In this document: in pieces, positions 60,137 through 64,000 of the stretch
Numbering within the stretch: the first letter of the stretch is position 1
Layout of the letters: the number at the start of each line of letters is the position of its first letter
IMG/VR virus record: IMGVR_UViG_2593339199_000002
Span: 1 to 64,000 of that record
DNA length: 64,000 nucleotides
Source: a virus
Lineage: Duplodnaviria; Caudoviricetes
Direction: 5' to 3' (one strand)
The notes under the pieces: model-generated
Seen by the model: only the letters and a program-made list of their open reading frames with translations
What the model was told of the DNA's origin: nothing
Databases searched by the model: none
Made by a program: the position numbers and the translations under genes

Positions 60137-60982
60137 ATGAACGGTCAACAAGGATACCAAAACGGCGGTCAACAAGGATGGGGCGCTCAAGGCGGCCAAC
60201 AGCAAGGATGGGGCGGCCAGCAACAAGGCGGATACCAGGGCACGCCGAACGGCGGAGGCTATCAAGGCGGCGGCCAAGATAATGGAAACGGCGGCGGCAA
60301 CAAGAACAGCTATGATTCGTTCTGCGAAATCACGCTGATCGGCAACATCGCCGGCATCACGGATCCAGAATCCAAGCAGCGCGTTCACGCGTACTCCAAG
60401 CCGATGAACAACGGCGCGAAAGTAGCCAACACGAACATCGCGGTTAATCTGCAGGGTAAGGATGCCGGCGAGTTCTGGAAGCTGGAAGTCTGGGCGAACT
60501 CGCCGGAGCGCAGCCGTCTTCACAACTTCCTGATGGACCACTGCTCGACCGGCCGTAAAGTCTTCATCAAAGGCATCCCGATGCTGAACCGTGACGGCGA
60601 CAAGTATTTCCCGACGATCCGCGTAACCGAGCTGATCGGATTGGGCAGCGGTCAACAACAAGCTAATGGCGGCAACGGTGGCGGCCAGCAACAGCAAGGC
60701 GGCTTCCAACAGCAGGGCGGAGGGCAGCAACAGCAAGGTGGTCAGCAACCAGGCGGTTGGGGCAACCAACAAGGTTACCAGCAGCAGCAAAACGGCTTCG
60801 GCGGCCCAAACCCGAACATGGGTGGAGCACAGCCACAGCAGCAAGGCGGTAATTTCCAACAAAACGGCCCGCAAGGCGGCTTCGGTGGCCCGCAAGCCGG
60901 TCCTCAAGGCGGTTTCGGTGGTCCACAGGGCGGTTTTGGAGCACCACAAGGAGCGCCTGGTCAATTCCAAGGCCAGCGCTAA
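60137..60982 (+). CDS. ssb: Single-stranded DNA-binding protein with G/Q-rich N- and C-terminal extensions
   Basis: ITLIGNI, IAVN, EFW.LEVW and G.KVFIKG OB core. Confidence 0.8.
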   Translation: MNGQQGYQNGGQQGWGAQGGQQQGWGGQQQGGYQGTPNGGGYQGGGQDNGNGGGNKNSYDSFCEITLIGNIAGITDPESKQRVHAYSKPMNNGAKVANTNIAVNLQGKDAGEFWKLEVWANSPERSRLHNFLMDHCSTGRKVFIKGIPMLNRDGDKYFPTIRVTELIGLGSGQQQANGGNGGGQQQQGGFQQQGGGQQQQGGQQPGGWGNQQGYQQQQNGFGGPNPNMGGAQPQQQGGNFQQNGPQGGFGGPQAGPQGGFGGPQGGFGAPQGAPGQFQGQR

Positions 60983-61054
60983 TCATGATGTAGCGGGGAA
61001 GCGGATGCTGGTATTCACTTCCCCCTTTCATCAGATCTATAGGAGGTCATCGCC

Positions 61055-61300
61055 ATGCACATATTGAACCATGTCGGCTTGATCTTTCTCGGCTACCTGT
61101 TGATCGGTCTGATTATGATGGGCCTTTCATGGCTGTATTATAAGCTTACGAACCGTTACACAGGAGGCGGACTTATTGATTTTGGCTGGCAAGTTGAGCT
61201 GCTGATGGGTATGACGCTTTGGCCAATCTGGGTGCTAAACCTGATTGGCGACATTCGCTCCAGACGCAGACTGCGCAGAGAGAGGATGCGAAAAGCATGA
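61055..61300 (+). CDS. Small membrane protein
   Basis: Two hydrophobic segments; GGAGG RBS. Confidence 0.55.
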   Translation: MHILNHVGLIFLGYLLIGLIMMGLSWLYYKLTNRYTGGGLIDFGWQVELLMGMTLWPIWVLNLIGDIRSRRRLRRERMRKA

Positions 61301-61656
61301 GTCAAGCCGTTAAGCCGGCAGACGCCCTCGGACGATTCATGTTTGGAATCTTCAACCACTATCGGGATAATGGGTTGTCCATTCCCATGGCGAAAGGCCG
61401 CATGTTTGACGAGGCGCTTCAGACCTGCGCCAAGATGATTAAGGATGAGACGGACATTCCGGATCACGGCTTGGTCATCGCGGCGCAAATGGTATCGCAG
61501 CTTTTGAATCATCGCGGCTACGAGCTGTCACAGGCGGTCGAGAAATCGCAGGATCCGAATGATCCGCGCCTCGAGCCCATGCGGCAGATCAAGGCGGCAA
61601 AAGATGCGATTGATCTTTTCATTTCCACTTACAAGGGGGAACAGCAGCATGGCTAA
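61297..61656 (+). CDS. Hypothetical protein
   Basis: Coupled ORF upstream of recA. Confidence 0.55.
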   Translation: MSQAVKPADALGRFMFGIFNHYRDNGLSIPMAKGRMFDEALQTCAKMIKDETDIPDHGLVIAAQMVSQLLNHRGYELSQAVEKSQDPNDPRLEPMRQIKAAKDAIDLFISTYKGEQQHG

Positions 61657-62800
61657 AGAAAAATCGCATACCGACAAGCTGGAGGAATCGTTTGCGGGAT
61701 CGAAAGATATTCGTAAAACGTTCGACCAGCGTTTCGGTCCGGGCACGTTCTTTACATTCGGGGATACCACCAAAGCGGAGGTCTATCCGATTTCGACCGG
61801 CATTCCAACCGTGGATTATGCCTCGGGTATCGGCGGCGTGCCGCTTGGCCGGATCATCGAAGTCTTTGGACCTGAATCTTCAGGTAAGACGAGCCTCTGC
61901 CTGATGACGGTTGCTCAGTTCCAAGAGCAAGCAAAAGTCCCAGGGACGATGATTTTCGGCAAGCGGGCTGCCATTATCGACGCCGAGCACGCGCTGGATC
62001 CGATTCACGTTCGTAATCTTGGTGTCGACGTTTCGCCTGAAACCGGCATGCTGGTGAACCAGCCGGACAGCGGCGAGCAGGCCTTCGACATCATGGAAGC
62101 AATGTGCTATTCCAATCAATTTGGACTCGTGATCGTCGATTCGGCGGCAGCTCTCGTCCCATTGGCGGAAGTGGAGAATGGCATGGATTACAATCCGATC
62201 GGCCTGCAAGCACGGATGCTTTCCAAGGGCCTGCGCAAATTGAAAGGTCTTGCGTATAAGCATAACGTGACATTCATTTTCATCAACCAGCTGCGGGAAA
62301 AGCCCGGGGCACAAGGCACCGTTATCGAAGTAACGCCGGGAGGGCGCGCGCTTCGATTCTACTCCTCGATCCGGATTGACGTCCGGGCGAAGAAGATCGA
62401 AAAGAGCGGTACGTTCATCGGGAACGCGACGACAGCCAAGTTCGTTAAGAACAAGGTGGCGCCGCCGTTTACCAATGCGGAATATGATTACTACTGGCAT
62501 GGCGGCGTCGATCGCATCAAGAACATCATGGATGTAGCGATTGAAACGGAAGTCATCACCCGTGCCGGCGCGTATTACTTCTACGGCGAGGACAGCAAGA
62601 ACCCGTACATGGACGGAGCGGGCAATCAGCTGAAATGGCAAGGTAAGGAGAGCCTGCTTGAGGCGCTCCGTAATTCGCCGGCGCTTTATGAGTACACGAA
62701 CGGCATCGTGCAAGGCAAGATTCCGAAAGACACGCAATTCATATCCGAGTCCGCCGACGATCCTTCCGAGGAAAATGAGCTTGAGCTGGAACTCGCGTAA
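61649..62800 (+). CDS. recA: RecA recombinase
   Basis: GPESSGKT, IDAEHALDP, FINQLREK, TPGGRALRFY and KNKVAPPF. Confidence 0.95.
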   Translation: MAKEKSHTDKLEESFAGSKDIRKTFDQRFGPGTFFTFGDTTKAEVYPISTGIPTVDYASGIGGVPLGRIIEVFGPESSGKTSLCLMTVAQFQEQAKVPGTMIFGKRAAIIDAEHALDPIHVRNLGVDVSPETGMLVNQPDSGEQAFDIMEAMCYSNQFGLVIVDSAAALVPLAEVENGMDYNPIGLQARMLSKGLRKLKGLAYKHNVTFIFINQLREKPGAQGTVIEVTPGGRALRFYSSIRIDVRAKKIEKSGTFIGNATTAKFVKNKVAPPFTNAEYDYYWHGGVDRIKNIMDVAIETEVITRAGAYYFYGEDSKNPYMDGAGNQLKWQGKESLLEALRNSPALYEYTNGIVQGKIPKDTQFISESADDPSEENELELELA

Positions 62801-62812
62801 GGAGAAACGCTC

Positions 62813-63385
62813 ATGGAAGAAGATCAAATTTTCATCAATGAGCTCCAGGTCCCGGAGATTTGCCTCCAGGGCCTGGCTCATGAACGCTTGAAGGAAAGCA
62901 TATTGCACTGTCAGGCATGCTCCAGCGCCAAGCTGACGAAGCCGCTGACGCTGCACAATAACGAAGCCAGCTTGATGATTGTGGGCGAGCGCGCAGACGA
63001 TGTACTGTTCGATTCTCCACAAGGCAAACAGCTGGCTAATCTTATGGCCGCCGCGAACCTTGACATGAAGGACGTGTATTTCTCGTCGCTCCTGAAATGC
63101 CGGGAGTCCAGTGAAGCAGCCAACTGCCAGCATCATTTAATTGGAGAAGTCATGCTTGTGAGACCGAAGCTCGTCATTTGCCTTGGCTACAACGTTTGCC
63201 AAGTATTCGATCTGCAGCCTGATCTGGGTTCATACTGCATGATTTATCCGAATGTTCACGCTCTGTTTACGTACTCGGTGTCTGACGCAAGCGGCAATCA
63301 GGAATTAATCGTACTACGCACGATCCAGGAGCAGTTCTCCTATGTTGCGCAGACAATCCGACACATGAAGCAGCAGAGCGCATAA
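62813..63385 (+). CDS. Uracil-DNA glycosylase family 4-like protein (degenerate active site)
   Basis: CxxC, MIVGE, KCR and RPKLVICLG. Confidence 0.65.
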   Translation: MEEDQIFINELQVPEICLQGLAHERLKESILHCQACSSAKLTKPLTLHNNEASLMIVGERADDVLFDSPQGKQLANLMAAANLDMKDVYFSSLLKCRESSEAANCQHHLIGEVMLVRPKLVICLGYNVCQVFDLQPDLGSYCMIYPNVHALFTYSVSDASGNQELIVLRTIQEQFSYVAQTIRHMKQQSA

Positions 63386-63405
63386 CTTTCTAGGGGGTTT
63401 GTGCC

Positions 63406-63648
63406 ATGTCCGAAAGAACCGTCACTGAAGGGGTGTTTACCGTCCGTCAGGTTGCTTCCATTCTCGGGATTCATCGCGACACGATGAAATACTGGGAAGA
63501 GAACAACTTGATCCCGAAGGCACGCCGAAACCCGAAGAATGGATACCGCATCTACAATGAAGCTGAGATCAAGGAAATCGCTAGATCCAGGGGCCTTCTG
63601 GCCGTTGAAATAGAAGCTGCGCTGGTGAAAGAGCGACTCCAAATTTAG
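63406..63648 (+). CDS. MerR-family HTH protein
   Basis: VA..LGI...T.KYWE...LIP.A.R...NGYRIY. Confidence 0.85.
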   Translation: MSERTVTEGVFTVRQVASILGIHRDTMKYWEENNLIPKARRNPKNGYRIYNEAEIKEIARSRGLLAVEIEAALVKERLQI

Positions 63649-64000
63649 GTAGTGCTGTTAGTTGACAGCTTCCAGTTGTACCCTTATAATTACCTCTTGT
63701 GACACTATGGTATACCGATAAGGGATGCACTTGGAGTACAAAATGCGAGCGTAAAGGAGACGGATGAAACTCAGTACATATTTCCACGTATCCACTAGCT
63801 TTTTCTCGTATTTTTACGCTATCCGGAGGAAAATCGACTGATGCGGCACAATGCACCCTGAGATCACGCCATATGGCTCCAAATTGTAATGCATTATTTC
63901 CATCCGTCTTTCTCTATGTTATAATATTTGTATCAATGGAACGTGTTACAATTTGGTAAACTGCCGCGAAGGGTGGATTTGGAAAATGTCTGAAATGAGA

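Overview
This window is part of a large, apparently myovirus-like phage or phage-plasmid of a Bacillota host. A Paenibacillaceae-like host is inferred from base composition and gene content. The minus-strand arm (1-31.3 kb) holds a tail-sheath-like gene, neck and Ig-domain virion proteins, major capsid, prohead protease/scaffold, a portal fused to a MuF-like domain, and terminase. It also holds a ParM/ParR-type partition pair, a five-member tRNA cluster in which three members are aberrant, and a beta-helix depolymerase-like gene. The plus-strand arm (31.6-64 kb) opens with a YonO-like single-subunit RNA polymerase. It continues with many small genes, a SNF2 helicase, an E1/E2/ubiquitin-like trio, SSB, RecA and a UDG-like gene. 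Four signals stand out. (1) Fourteen co-oriented copies of a covarying hairpin plus fixed-spacer motif (stem-CTGACG-N6-TTCAT) lie downstream of the RNAP gene and are candidate hairpin promoters. (2) A type III hammerhead ribozyme sequesters the RBS of an unannotated ORF. (3) A sigmaD-driven csrA-flagellin cassette sits next to a diguanylate cyclase. (4) Several tRNA-like RNAs have expanded or replaced anticodon loops. All calls come from motif recognition by eye; no database searches were run.
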